Shown here: positions 12,356 through 24,500 of the stretch, piece by piece | Layout of the letters: each line of letters starts with the position of its first letter | How positions within the stretch are numbered: position 1 is the first letter of the stretch | DNA from: Eledone cirrhosa | Lineage: Eukaryota | DNA length: 64,000 bases | Assembly (NCBI GenBank): GCA_964016885.1 | Contig: OZ024741.1 | Span: forward strand, 260,896,001 to 260,960,000 | Direction: 5' to 3' | Notes under the pieces: generated by a model | Told to the model about the DNA's origin: nothing | Seen by the model: only the letters and a program-made list of their open reading frames with translations | Database searches by the model: none | Made by a program: the position numbers and the translations under genes

Positions 12356-12424
12356 AAATAACAAATAGACGCGGTTTCAAATATCTATGCTTTTCAAATT
12401 CATTACATTAATCTTTATTTATAC
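12356..12424. repeat. 69-bp insert, copy 4, haplotype A
   Basis: Matches copy 1; 851 bp after copy 3. Confidence 0.97.
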
Positions 12425-15400
12425 GTTTCGCTTTACGAGTGTTTCGGCGTACGAGTGTTTCGACTTACGAGTGTTTTAACATACGGTTGTTTCGACTTAC
12501 CCGTTTTTCGACTACGAATGTTCCGACTTACGAGTGTTTCGACTTACGAGTGTTTCGACTTGCGAGTGTTTCGACTTACGAGTGTTTCGGCTTACGAGTG
12601 TTTCGGTGTTTCGGCTTACGTGTGTTTCGACTTACGAGTGTTTCGACTTACGAGTGTTTCGGCTTATGAGTGTTTCGACTTACGAGTGCTTCGGCTTACG
12701 AGTGTTTCGACTTACGAGTATTTCGGCTTACGAGTGTTTCGACGTACGAATGTTTTGGCATACGAGTGTTTCGGCTTATGAGTGTTTCGGCTTACGAGTG
12801 TTTCGACTTACGAGTGTTTCGGCTTACGAGTGTTTCAGTGTTTCGGCTTACGTGTGTTTCGACTTACGAGTGTTTCGACTTACGACTGTTTCGGCTTACG
12901 AGTGTTTCGGCTTACGAGTGTTTTGACTTACGAGTGTTTTGACTTACGATTGTTTGGCCTACGAGTGTTCTGACTTACGAGTGTTTCGGCTTATGAGGGT
13001 TTCGACTTACGAGTGCTTCGGCTTACGAGTGTTTCGACTTACGAGTGTTTGGAATTACGAGTGTTTCGACTTACGAGTGTTTTGACTTACGAGTGTTTTG
13101 ACTTACGGTGTTTCTGCTTACGAGTGTTTCGACTTACGAGTGTTATGACTTACGGGTGTTTTGACATACGAGTGTTTCGACTTACGAGTGTTTTGACTTA
13201 CGGGTGTTTTGACATACGAGTGTTTCGATACGAGTGTTCTGACTTACGAGTGTTCTGACTTACGAGTGTTCTGACTTACGAGTGTTTCGACATACGAGTG
13301 TTTTGACTTACGGGTGTTTCGACTTACGAGTGTTTTGACTTACGAATGTTTTGACTTACGGGTGTTTCGGCTTACGAGTGTTTCGACTTACGAGCGTTTC
13401 GGCTTACGAGTGTTTCGACTTACTAATGTTTTTACTTACGAGTGTTTCGGCGTACGAGAGTTTTGACTTACGAGTGTTTCGACTTACGAGTGTTTCGACT
13501 TACGAGTATTTTGACTTACGAATGTTTTGACTTACGGGTGTTTCGGCTTACGAGTGTTTCGACTTACGAGTCTTTCGGCTTACGAGTGTTTCGACTTACT
13601 AATGTTTTTACTTACGAGTGTTTCGGCGTACAAGTGTTTCGACTTACGAGTGTTTTGACTTACGGGTGTTTTGACTTACGGGTGTTTCGGCTTACGAGTG
13701 TTTTGACTTACGAGTGTTTTGACTTAAGGGTGTTTCGACTTACGAGTATTTTTGGCCTACGAGTGTTTCGACTTACGAGTGTTTTGACCTACGGTGTTTC
13801 GGCTTACGAGTGTTTCGACATACGAGTGTTTTGACGTACGGGTGTTTCGACTTACGGGTGTTTCGACTTAAGAGTGTTTCGACTTACGAGCGCTTCGACT
13901 TACGAGTGTTTCGGCTTACGAGTGTTTCGGCGTATGAGTGTTTCGACTTACGAGTCTTTCGGCTTACGAGTGTTTCGACTTACTAATGTTTTTACTTACG
14001 AGTGTTTCGGCGTACGAGTGTTTCGACTTACGAGTGTTTCGACTTACGGGTGTTTTGACTTACGGGTATTTCGGCTTACGAGTGTTTCGACTTACGAGTG
14101 TTTTAACTTACGGGTGTTTCTACTTACGCGTGTTTCGACTTGCAAGTGTTTCGACTTACGAGTGTTTCGACTTGCAAGTGTTTCGACTTACGAGTGTTTC
14201 GACCACGAATGATCCGACTTACGAGTGTTTCGACTTACGAGTGTTTCGACTTACGAGTGTTCTGACTTACGGGTGTTCCGACTTACGAGTGTTTCGGCTT
14301 ACGATTGTTTTGACTTACGATTGTTTTGGCTTACGAATGTTTCGACTTACGAGTGTTTCGACTTACGAGTGTTTTGACTTACGAGTGTTTTGTCTTACGG
14401 GTGTTTTGACATACGAGTGTTTCGATACGAGTGTTCTGACTTACGAGTGTTCTGACTTACGAGTGTTCTGACTTACGAGTGTTCTGACTTACGAGTGTTC
14501 TGACTTACGGGTGTTCTGACTTACGAGTGTTCCGACTTACGAGTGATTCGGCTTATGAGGGTTTCGACTTACGAGTGCTTCGGCTTACGAGTGTTTCGAC
14601 CTACGAGTGTTTCGGCTTACGAGTGTTTTGACGTACGAATGTTTTGGCTTACGCGTGTTTCGGCTTACGAGTGTTTCGAATTACGAGTGTTTCGACTTAC
14701 GAGTGTTTTGACTTACGGTGTTTCGGCTTACGAGTGTTTCGACTCACGAGAGTTTTAACTTACGGGTGTTTCGACTTACGCGTGTTTCGACTTACGAATG
14801 TTCCGACTTACGAGTGTTTCGACTTACGAGTGTTTCGGCGTACGAGTGTTTCGACTTACGAGTGTTTTGACTTACGTGTGTTTCGGCTTACGAGTGTTTT
14901 GACTTACGAGTGTTTTGACTTACGGGTGTTTCGGCTTACGAGTGTTTCGACTTACGAGTGTTCTGACTTACGAGTGTTCCGACTTACCAGCGTTCCGACT
15001 TACGAGTGTTTCGGCTTACGAGTGTTCCGACTTACGAGTGTTTCGACTTACGAGTGTTTTGACTTACGGTGTTTCGGCTTACGAGTGTTTTGACTTACCA
15101 GTGTTTTGACTTACGGGTGTTTTGACATACGAGTGTTTCGATACGAGTGTTCTGACTTACGAGTGTTCTGACTTACGAGCGTTCTGACTTACGAGTGTTC
15201 TGACTTACGAGTGGTCTGACTTACGGGTGTTCTTACTTACGAGTGTTCCGACTTACGAGTGTTTCAGCTTATGAGTGTTTCGACTTACGAGTGCTTCGGT
15301 TTACGAGTGTTTCGACTTACGAGTGTTTCGACTTACGAGTGTTTTGACTTACGAGTGTTTTGACTAACGGTGTTTCTGCTTACGAGTGTTTCGACTTACG

Positions 15401-18400
15401 AGTGTTATGACTTACGGGTGTTTTGACATACGAGTGTTTCGATACGAGTGTTTCGACTTACGAGTGTTACGAGTGTTCTGACTTACGAGTGTTTCGACTT
15501 ACGAGTGTTCTGACCTACGAGTGTTCTGACTTACGAGTGTTTCGACTTACGAGTGTTTTGACTTACGGGTGTTTCGACTTACGAGTGTTTCGAGTTACGA
15601 GTGTTTCGAGTTACGATTGTTTCGACTTACGAGTGTTTTTACTTACGAATGTTCTGACTTACGGGTGTTTCGGCTTACGAGTGTTTCGACTTACGAGTGT
15701 TTTAACTTACGGGTGTTTCTACTTACGCGTGTTTCGACTTGCAAGTGTTTCGACTTACGAGTGTTTCGACCTGCAAGTGTTTCGACTTACGAGTGTTTCG
15801 ACTACGAATGTTCCGACTTACGAGTGTTTCGACTTACGAGTGTTTCGACTTACGAGTGTTCTGACTTACGGGAGTTCCGACTTACGAGTGTTTCGTCTTA
15901 CGATTGTTTTGACTTACGATTGTTTTGGCTTACGAATGTTTCGACTTACGAGTGTTTCGACTTCCGAGTGTTTTGACTTACGAGTGTTCTGACTACGAGT
16001 GTTCTGACTTACGGGTGTTCTGACTTACGAGTGTTCCGACTTACGAGTGTTTCGGCGTATGAGTGTTTCGACTTACGGGCGTTTCGACTTACGGGTGTTT
16101 CGACTTACGAGTGTTTTGACTTACGAGTGTTCTGACTTACTAGTGTTCCGACTTACGACTGTTTCGACTTACGAGTGTTTTGACTTACGAGTGTTCCGAC
16201 TTACGAGTGTTTTGGTTTACGGGTGTTTCGACGTACGAGTATTTTTGGCTTACGAGTGTTTCGACTTACGAGTGTTTTGAATTACGATTGTTTCGGCTTA
16301 CGAGTGTTTCGACTTACGAGTATTTCGACTTACGAGTTTTTTTACTTACGGTGTTTCGGCTTACGAGTGTTTCGACTTACGAGTGTTTTGACTTACGGGT
16401 GTTTTGACATACGAGTGTTTCGAAACGAGTGCTCTGACTTACGAGTGTTCTGACTTACGAGTGTTCTGACTTACGAGTGTTCTGACTTACGGGTGTTCTG
16501 ACTTACATGTGTTCCGACTTACGAGTGTTTCGGTTATGGGAGTTTCGACTTACGAGTGTTTCGACTTACGAATGTTTTGGCTTACGAGTGTTTCGGCTTA
16601 CGAATGTTTCGACTTACGAATGTTTTGGCTTACGAGTGTTTCGGCTTACGGGTGTTTCGACTTACGAGTGTTTCGACTTACGAGTGTTTTGACTTACGGT
16701 GTTTCGGCTTACGAGTGTTTCGACTCACGAGAGTTTTAACTTACGGGTGTTTCGACTTACGCGTGTTTCGACTTACGAATGTTCCGACTTACGAGTGTTT
16801 CGACTTACGAGTGTTTCGGCGTACGAGTGTTTCGACTTACGAGTGTTTTGACTTACGTGTGTTTCGGCTTACGAGTGTTTTGACTTACGAGTGTTTTGAC
16901 TTACGGGTGTTTCGGCTTACGAGTGTTTCGACTTACGAGTGTTCTGACTTACGAGTGTTCCGACTTACCAGCGTTCCGACTTACGAGTGTTTCGGCTTAC
17001 GAGTGTTCCGACTTACGAGTGTTTCGACTTACGAGTGTTTTGACTTACGGTGTTTCGGCTTACGAGTGTTTTGACTTACGAGTGTTTTGACTTACGGGTG
17101 TTTTGACATACGAGTGTTTCGATACGAGTGTTCTGACTTACGAGTGTTCTGACTTACGAGCGTTCTGACTTACGAGTGTTCTGACTTACGAGTGGTCTGA
17201 CTTACGGGTGTTCTTACTTACGAGTGTTCCGACTTACGAGTGTTTCAGCTTATGAGTGTTTCGACTTACGAGTGCTTCGGTTTACGAGTGTTTCGACTTA
17301 CGAGTGTTTCGACTTACGAGTGTTTTGACTTACGAGTGTTTTGACTAACGGTGTTTCTGCTTACGAGTGTTTCGACTTACGAGTGGTCTGACTTACATGT
17401 GTTCCGACTTACGAGTGTTTCGGTTATGGGAGTTTCGACTTACGAGTGTTTCGACTTACGAATGTTTTGGCTTACGAGTGTTTCGGCTTACGAATGTTTC
17501 GACTTACGAATGTTTTGGCTTACGAGTGTTTCGGCTTACGGGTGTTTCGACTTACGAGTGTTTCGACTTACGAGTGTTTTGACTTACGGTGTTTCGGCTT
17601 ACGATTTATTCGACATACGAGTGTTTCGACTTACGTGTGTTTCGACTTACGAGTGTTTCGTCTTATGAGTGTTTCGACTTACGAGTGTTCTGACTTACGA
17701 GTGTTCTGACTTACGAGTGTTCCGACTTACGAGTGTTTCCGTTTACGAGTGATTCGACATACGAGTGTTTTGACTTACGGGTGATTCTACTTACGGGTGT
17801 TTCGACTTACGAGTGTTTCGGCTTACGAGTGCTTCGACTTACTAAAGTTTTTACTTACGAGTGTTTCGGTGTACGAGTGTTTCGACTTAAGGATGTTTCG
17901 ACTTACGAGTGTTTCGACTTACGTGTGTTTCGGCTTACGTGAGTTTCGACTTAAGAGTGTTCTGATTTACGAGTGTTCTGACTTGCGGGTGTTCTGATTT
18001 ACGAGTATTCCGACTTACGAGTGTTTCGGCTTATGAGTGTTTCGACTTACGAGTGTTTCGGCTTACGAGTGTTTCGACTTATGGGTGTTTCGACTTATGA
18101 GTGTTTTGACTTACGGTGTTTCAGCTTACGAGTGTTTCGACTTACGAGTGTTTTGACTTACGGGTGTTTTGACATACGAGTGTTTCGATATGAGTGTTCT
18201 GACTTACGAGTGTTCTGACTTACGAGTGTTTTGACTTACGAGTGTTCTGACTTACGAGTGTTCCGACTTACGAGTGTTCCGACTTACGAGTGTTTCGGCT
18301 TACGAGTGTTTCCCGCTTACGAGTGTTTCGACTTACGAGTGTTTTGACTTACGGTGTTTCGTCTTACGAGTGATTCGACTTACGAGTGTTTTGACTTACG

Positions 18401-19356
18401 GGTGTTTTGACTTACGGGTGTTGTGAATTACGAGTGTTCCGATTTACGAGTGTTTTGACTTACGGTGTTTCGGCTTACGAGTGATTCGACTTACGAATGT
18501 TTTGACTTACGGGTGTTTCGGCTTGCGAGTGTTTCGACTTACGAGTGTTTCGGCTTATGAGTGTTTCGACTTACTAATGTTTTTACTTACGAGTGTTCTG
18601 ACTTACGAGTGTTTCGAATTACGAGTGTTTCGGCGTACGAGTGTTTTGACTTACGAGTGTTTCGGCTTACGAGTGTTTCGACTTACGAGTGTTTCGGCTT
18701 GCGAGTGTTTCGACTTACTAATGTTTTTACTTACGAGTTTTTCGGCGTACGAGTGTTTCGACTTACGAGTGTTTCGACTTACGGGTGTTTTGACTTAAGG
18801 GTGTTTCGACTTACAAGTGTTTAGACTTACGAGTGTTTCGACTTACGAGTGTTCTGACTTACGAGTGTTCTGATTTACGGATGTTTCGACATACGAGTGT
18901 TTCGACTTACGAGTGTTTCGACTTATGAGTGTTTTGACTTACGGGTGTTTTGACATACGAGTGTTTCGATACGAGTGTTTCGACTTACGAGTGTTCTGAC
19001 TTACGAGTGTTCTGACTTACGAGTGTTCTGACTTACGAGTGTTCTGATTTACGAGTGTTCCGACTTACGAGTGTTTCGGCTTACGAGTGTTTCGGCTTAC
19101 GAGTGTTTCGACTTACGAGTGTTTCGACTTACGAGTGTTCCGACTTACGGGTGTTTCGACTTACGAGTGGTTTGGCTTACGGTGTTTCGGCCTACGAGTG
19201 TTTCGAGTTACGAGTGTTTTGACTTACGCGTGTTTTGACATACGAGTGTTTCGATACGAGTGTTCTGACTTACGAGTGTTCTGACTTACGAGTGTTCCGA
19301 CTTTACGAGTGTTTCGGCTCACGAGTGTTTCGGCTTACGAGTGTTTCGACTTACGA

Positions 19357-19425
19357 AAATAACAAATAGACGCGGTTTCAAATCTCTATGATTTTCAAAT
19401 TCATTACATTAATCTTTATTTATAC
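19357..19425. repeat. 69-bp insert, copy 5, haplotype B
   Basis: Copy 2 + 9146 bp. Confidence 0.97.
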
Positions 19426-20650
19426 GTTTCGCTTTACGAGTGTTTCGACTTACGAGTGTTTCGACATACGAGTGTTTCGACTTCCGAATGTTTTTGCTTA
19501 CGGGTGTTTCGACTTACGAATGTTTCGGCTTACGAGTGTTTCGGCTTACGAGTGTTCCGACTTAGGAGTGTTTCGGCTTACGAGTGTTTCCGGCTTACGA
19601 GTGTTTCGACTTACGAGTGTTTCGACTTTCGAGTGTTTTGACTTACGGTGTTTCGGCTTACGAGTCATTCGACTTACGAGTGTTTTGACTTACGGGTGTT
19701 TTGACTTGCGGGTGTTGTGAATTACGAGTGTTCCGATTTACGAGTGTTTTGACTTACGGTGTTTCGGCTTACGAGTGATTCGACTTACGAATGTTTTGAC
19801 TTACGGGTGTTTCGGCTTGCGAGTGTTTCGACTTACGAGTGTTTCGGCTTATGAGTGTTTCGACTTACTAATGTTTTTACTTACGAGTGTTCTGACTTAC
19901 GAGTGTTTCGAATTACGAGTGTTTCGGCGTACGAGTGTTTTGACATACGAGTGTTTCGGCTTACGAGTGTTTCGACTTACGAGTGTTTCGGCTTGCGAGT
20001 GTTTCGACTTACTAATGTTTTTACTTACGAGTTTTTCGGCGTACGAGTGTTTCGACTTACGAGTGTTTCGACTTACGGGTGTTTTGACTTAAGGGTGTTT
20101 CGACTTACAAGTGTTTAGACTTACGAGTGTTTCGACTTACGAGTGTTCTGACTTACGAGTGTTCTGATTTACGGATGTTTCGACATACGAGTGTTTCGAC
20201 TTACGAGTGTTTCGACTTACGAGTGTTTTGACTTACGGGTGTTTTGACATACGAGTGTTTCGATACGAGTGTTTCGACTTACGAGTGTTCTGACTTACGA
20301 GTGTTCTGACTTACGAGTGTTCTGACTTACGAGTGTTCTGATTTACGAGTGTTCCGACTTACGAGTGTTTCGGCTTACGAGTGTTTCGGCTTACGAGTGT
20401 TTCGACTTACGAGTGTTTCGACTTACGAGTGTTCCGACTTACGGGTGTTTCGACTTACGAGTGGTTTGGCTTACGGTGTTTCGGCCTACGAGTGTTTCGA
20501 GTTACGAGTGTTTTGACTTACGCGTGTTTTGACATACGAGTGTTTCGATACGAGTGTTCTGACTTACGAGTGTTCTGACTTACGAGTGTTCCGACTTTAC
20601 GAGTGTTTCGGCTCACGAGTGTTTCGGCTTACGAGTGTTTCGACTTACGA

Positions 20651-20719
20651 AAATAACAAATAGACGCGGTTTCAAATCTCTATGATTTTCAAATTCATTA
20701 CATTAATCTTTATTTATAC
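20651..20719. repeat. 69-bp insert, copy 6, haplotype B
   Basis: Copy 3 + 9146 bp; 1294 bp after copy 5. Confidence 0.97.
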
Positions 20720-21501
20720 GTTTCGCTTTACGAGTGTTTCGACTTACGAGTGTTTCGACATACGAGTGTTTCGACTTCCGAATGTTTTTGCTTACGGGTG
20801 TTTCGACTTACGAATGTTTCGGCTTACGAGTGTTTCGGCTTACGAGTGTTCCGACTTAGGAGTGTTTCGGCTTACGAGTGTTTCCGGCTTACGAGTGTTT
20901 CGACTTACGAGTGTTTCGACTTTCGAGTGTTTTGACTTACGGGTGTTTTGACTTACGGGTGTTGTGAATTACCAGTGTTCCGATTTACGAGTGTTTTGAC
21001 TTACGGTGTTTCGGCTTGCGAGTGTTTCGACTTACGAGTGTTTCGGCTTATGAGTGTTTCGACTTACTAATGTTTTTACTTACGAGTGTTTCGGCGTTCG
21101 AGTGTTTTGACTTACGAGTGTTTCGACTTACGAGTGTTTTGACTTACGAATGTTTTGACTTACGGGTGTTTCGGCTTACGGGTGTTTCGACTTACGAGTG
21201 TTTCGACTTATGAGTGTTTCGACTTACGAGTGTTCTGACTTACGAGTGTTCTGACTTACGAGTGTTCCGACTTACGAGTGTTTCGGTTTACGAGTGTTTC
21301 GACATACGAGTGTTTTGACTTACAGGTGTTTCGACTTACGGGTGTTTCGACTTACGAGTGTTTCGGCTTACGAGTGTTTCGAATTACTAATGTCTTTACT
21401 TACGAGTGTTTCGGTGTACGAATGTTTTGACTTAAGGATGTTTCGACTTACGAGTGTTTCGACTTACGAGTGTTTCGGCTTACGAGTGTTTCGACTTACG
21501 A

Positions 21502-21570
21502 AAATAACAAATAGACGCGGTTTCAAATATCTATGCTTTTCAAATTCATTACATTAATCTTTATTTATAC
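21502..21570. repeat. 69-bp insert, copy 7, haplotype A
   Basis: Copy 4 + 9146 bp. Confidence 0.97.
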
Positions 21571-24500
21571 GTTTCGCTTTACGAGTGTTTCGGCGTACGA
21601 GTGTTTCGACTTACGAGTGTTTTAACATACGGTTGTTTCGACTTACCCGTTTTTCGACTACGAATGTTCCGACTTACGAGTGTTTCGACTTACGAGTGTT
21701 TCGACTTGCGAGTGTTTCGACTTACGAGTGTTTCGGCTTACGAGTGTTTCGGTGTTTCGGCTTACGTGTGTTTCGACTTACGAGTGTTTCGACTTACGAG
21801 TGTTTCGGCTTATGAGTGTTTCGACTTACGAGTGCTTCGGCTTACGAGTGTTTCGACTTACGAGTATTTCGGCTTACGAGTGTTTCGACGTACGAATGTT
21901 TTGGCATACGAGTGTTTCGGCTTATGAGTGTTTCGGCTTACGAGTGTTTCGACTTACGAGTGTTTCGGCTTACGAGTGTTTCAGTGTTTCGGCTTACGTG
22001 TGTTTCGACTTACGAGTGTTTCGACTTACGACTGTTTCGGCTTACGAGTGTTTCGGCTTACGAGTGTTTTGACTTACGAGTGTTTTGACTTACGATTGTT
22101 TGGCCTACGAGTGTTCTGACTTACGGGTGTTCTGACTTACGAGTGTTCCGACTTACGAGTGTTTCGGCTTATGAGGGTTTCGACTTACGAGTGCTTCGGC
22201 TTACGAGTGTTTCGACTTACGAGTGTTTGGAATTACGAGTGTTTCGACTTACGAGTGTTTTGACTTACGAGTGTTTTGACTTACGGTGTTTCTGCTTACG
22301 AGTGTTTCGACTTACGAGTGTTATGACTTACGGGTGTTTTGACATACGAGTGTTTCGACTTACGAGTGTTTTGACTTACGGGTGTTTTGACATACGAGTG
22401 TTTCGATACGAGTGTTCTGACTTACGAGTGTTCTGACTTACGAGTGTTCTGACTTACGAGTGTTTCGACATACGAGTGTTTTGACTTACGGGTGTTTCGA
22501 CTTACGAGTGTTTTGACTTACGAATGTTTTGACTTACGGGTGTTTCGGCTTACGAGTGTTTCGACTTACGAGCGTTTCGGCTTACGAGTGTTTCGACTTA
22601 CTAATGTTTTTACTTACGAGTGTGTCGGCGTACGAGAGTTTTGACTTACGAGTGTTTCGACTTACGAGTGTTTCGACTTACGAGTATTTTGACTTACGAA
22701 TGTTTTGACTTACGGGTGTTTCGGCTTACGAGTGTTTCGACTTACGAGTCTTTCGGCTTACGAGTGTTTCGACTTACTAATGTTTTTACTTACGAGTGTT
22801 TCGGCGTACGAGTGTTTCGACTTACGAGTGTTTTGACTTACGGGTGTTTTGACTTACGGGTGTTTCGGCTTACGAGTGTTTTGACTTACGAGTGTTTTGA
22901 CTTAAGGGTGTTTCGACTTACGAGTATTTTTGGCCTACGAGTGTTTCGACTTACGAGTGTTTTGACCTACGGTGTTTCGGCTTACGAGTGTTTCGACATA
23001 CGAGTGTTTTGACGTACGGGTGTTTCGACTTACGGGTGTTTCGACTTAAGAGTGTTTCGACTTACGAGCGCTTCGACTTACGAGTGTTTCGGCTTACGAG
23101 TGTTTCGGCGTATGAGTGTTTCGACTTACGAGTCTTTCGGCTTACGAGTGTTTCGACTTACTAATGTTTTTACTTACGAGTGTTTCGGCGTACGAGTGTT
23201 TCGACTTACGAGTGTTTCGACTTACGGGTGTTTTGACTTACGGGTATTTCGGCTTACGAGTGTTTCGACTTACGAGTGTTTTAACTTACGGGTGTTTCTA
23301 CTTACGCGTGTTTCGACTTGCAAGTGTTTCGACTTACGAGTGTTTCGACTTGCAAGTGTTTCGACTTACGAGTGTTTCGACCACGAATGATCCGACTTAC
23401 GAGTGTTTCGACTTACGAGTGTTTCGACTTACGAGTGTTCTGACTTACGGGTGTTCCGACTTACGAGTGTTTCGGCTTACGATTGTTTTGACTTACGATT
23501 GTTTTGGCTTACGAATGTTTCGACTTACGAGTGTTTCGACTTACGAGTGTTTTGACTTACGAGTGTTTTGTCTTACGGGTGTTTTGACATACGAGTGTTT
23601 CGATACGAGTGTTCTGACTTACGAGTGTTCTGACTTACGAGTGTTCTGACTTACGAGTGTTCTGACTTACGAGTGTTCTGACTTACGGGTGTTCTGACTT
23701 ACGAGTGTTCCGACTTACGAGTGATTCGGCTTATGAGGGTTTCGACTTACGAGTGCTTCGGCTTACGAGTGTTTCGACCTACGAGTGTTTCGGCTTACGA
23801 GTGTTTTGACGTACGAATGTTTTGGCTTACGCGTGTTTCGGCTTACGAGTGTTTCGAATTACGAGTGTTTCGACTTACGAGTGTTTTGACTTACGGTGTT
23901 TCGGCTTACGAGTGTTTCGACTCACGAGAGTTTTAACTTACGGGTGTTTCGACTTACGCGTGTTTCGACTTACGAATGTTCCGACTTACGAGTGTTTCGA
24001 CTTACGAGTGTTTCGGCGTACGAGTGTTTCGACTTACGAGTGTTTTGACTTACGTGTGTTTCGGCTTACGAGTGTTTTGACTTACGAGTGTTTTGACTTA
24101 CGGGTGTTTCGGCTTACGAGTGTTTCGACTTACGAGTGTTCTGACTTACGAGTGTTCCGACTTACCAGCGTTCCGACTTACGAGTGTTTCGGCTTACGAG
24201 TGTTCCGACTTACGAGTGTTTCGACTTACGAGTGTTTTGACTTACGGTGTTTCGGCTTACGAGTGTTTTGACTTACCAGTGTTTTGACTTACGGGTGTTT
24301 TGACATACGAGTGTTTCGATACGAGTGTTCTGACTTACGAGTGTTCTGACTTACGAGCGTTCTGACTTACGAGTGTTCTGACTTACGAGTGGTCTGACTT
24401 ACGGGTGTTCTTACTTACGAGTGTTCCGACTTACGAGTGTTTCAGCTTATGAGTGTTTCGACTTACGAGTGCTTCGGTTTACGAGTGTTTCGACTTACGA

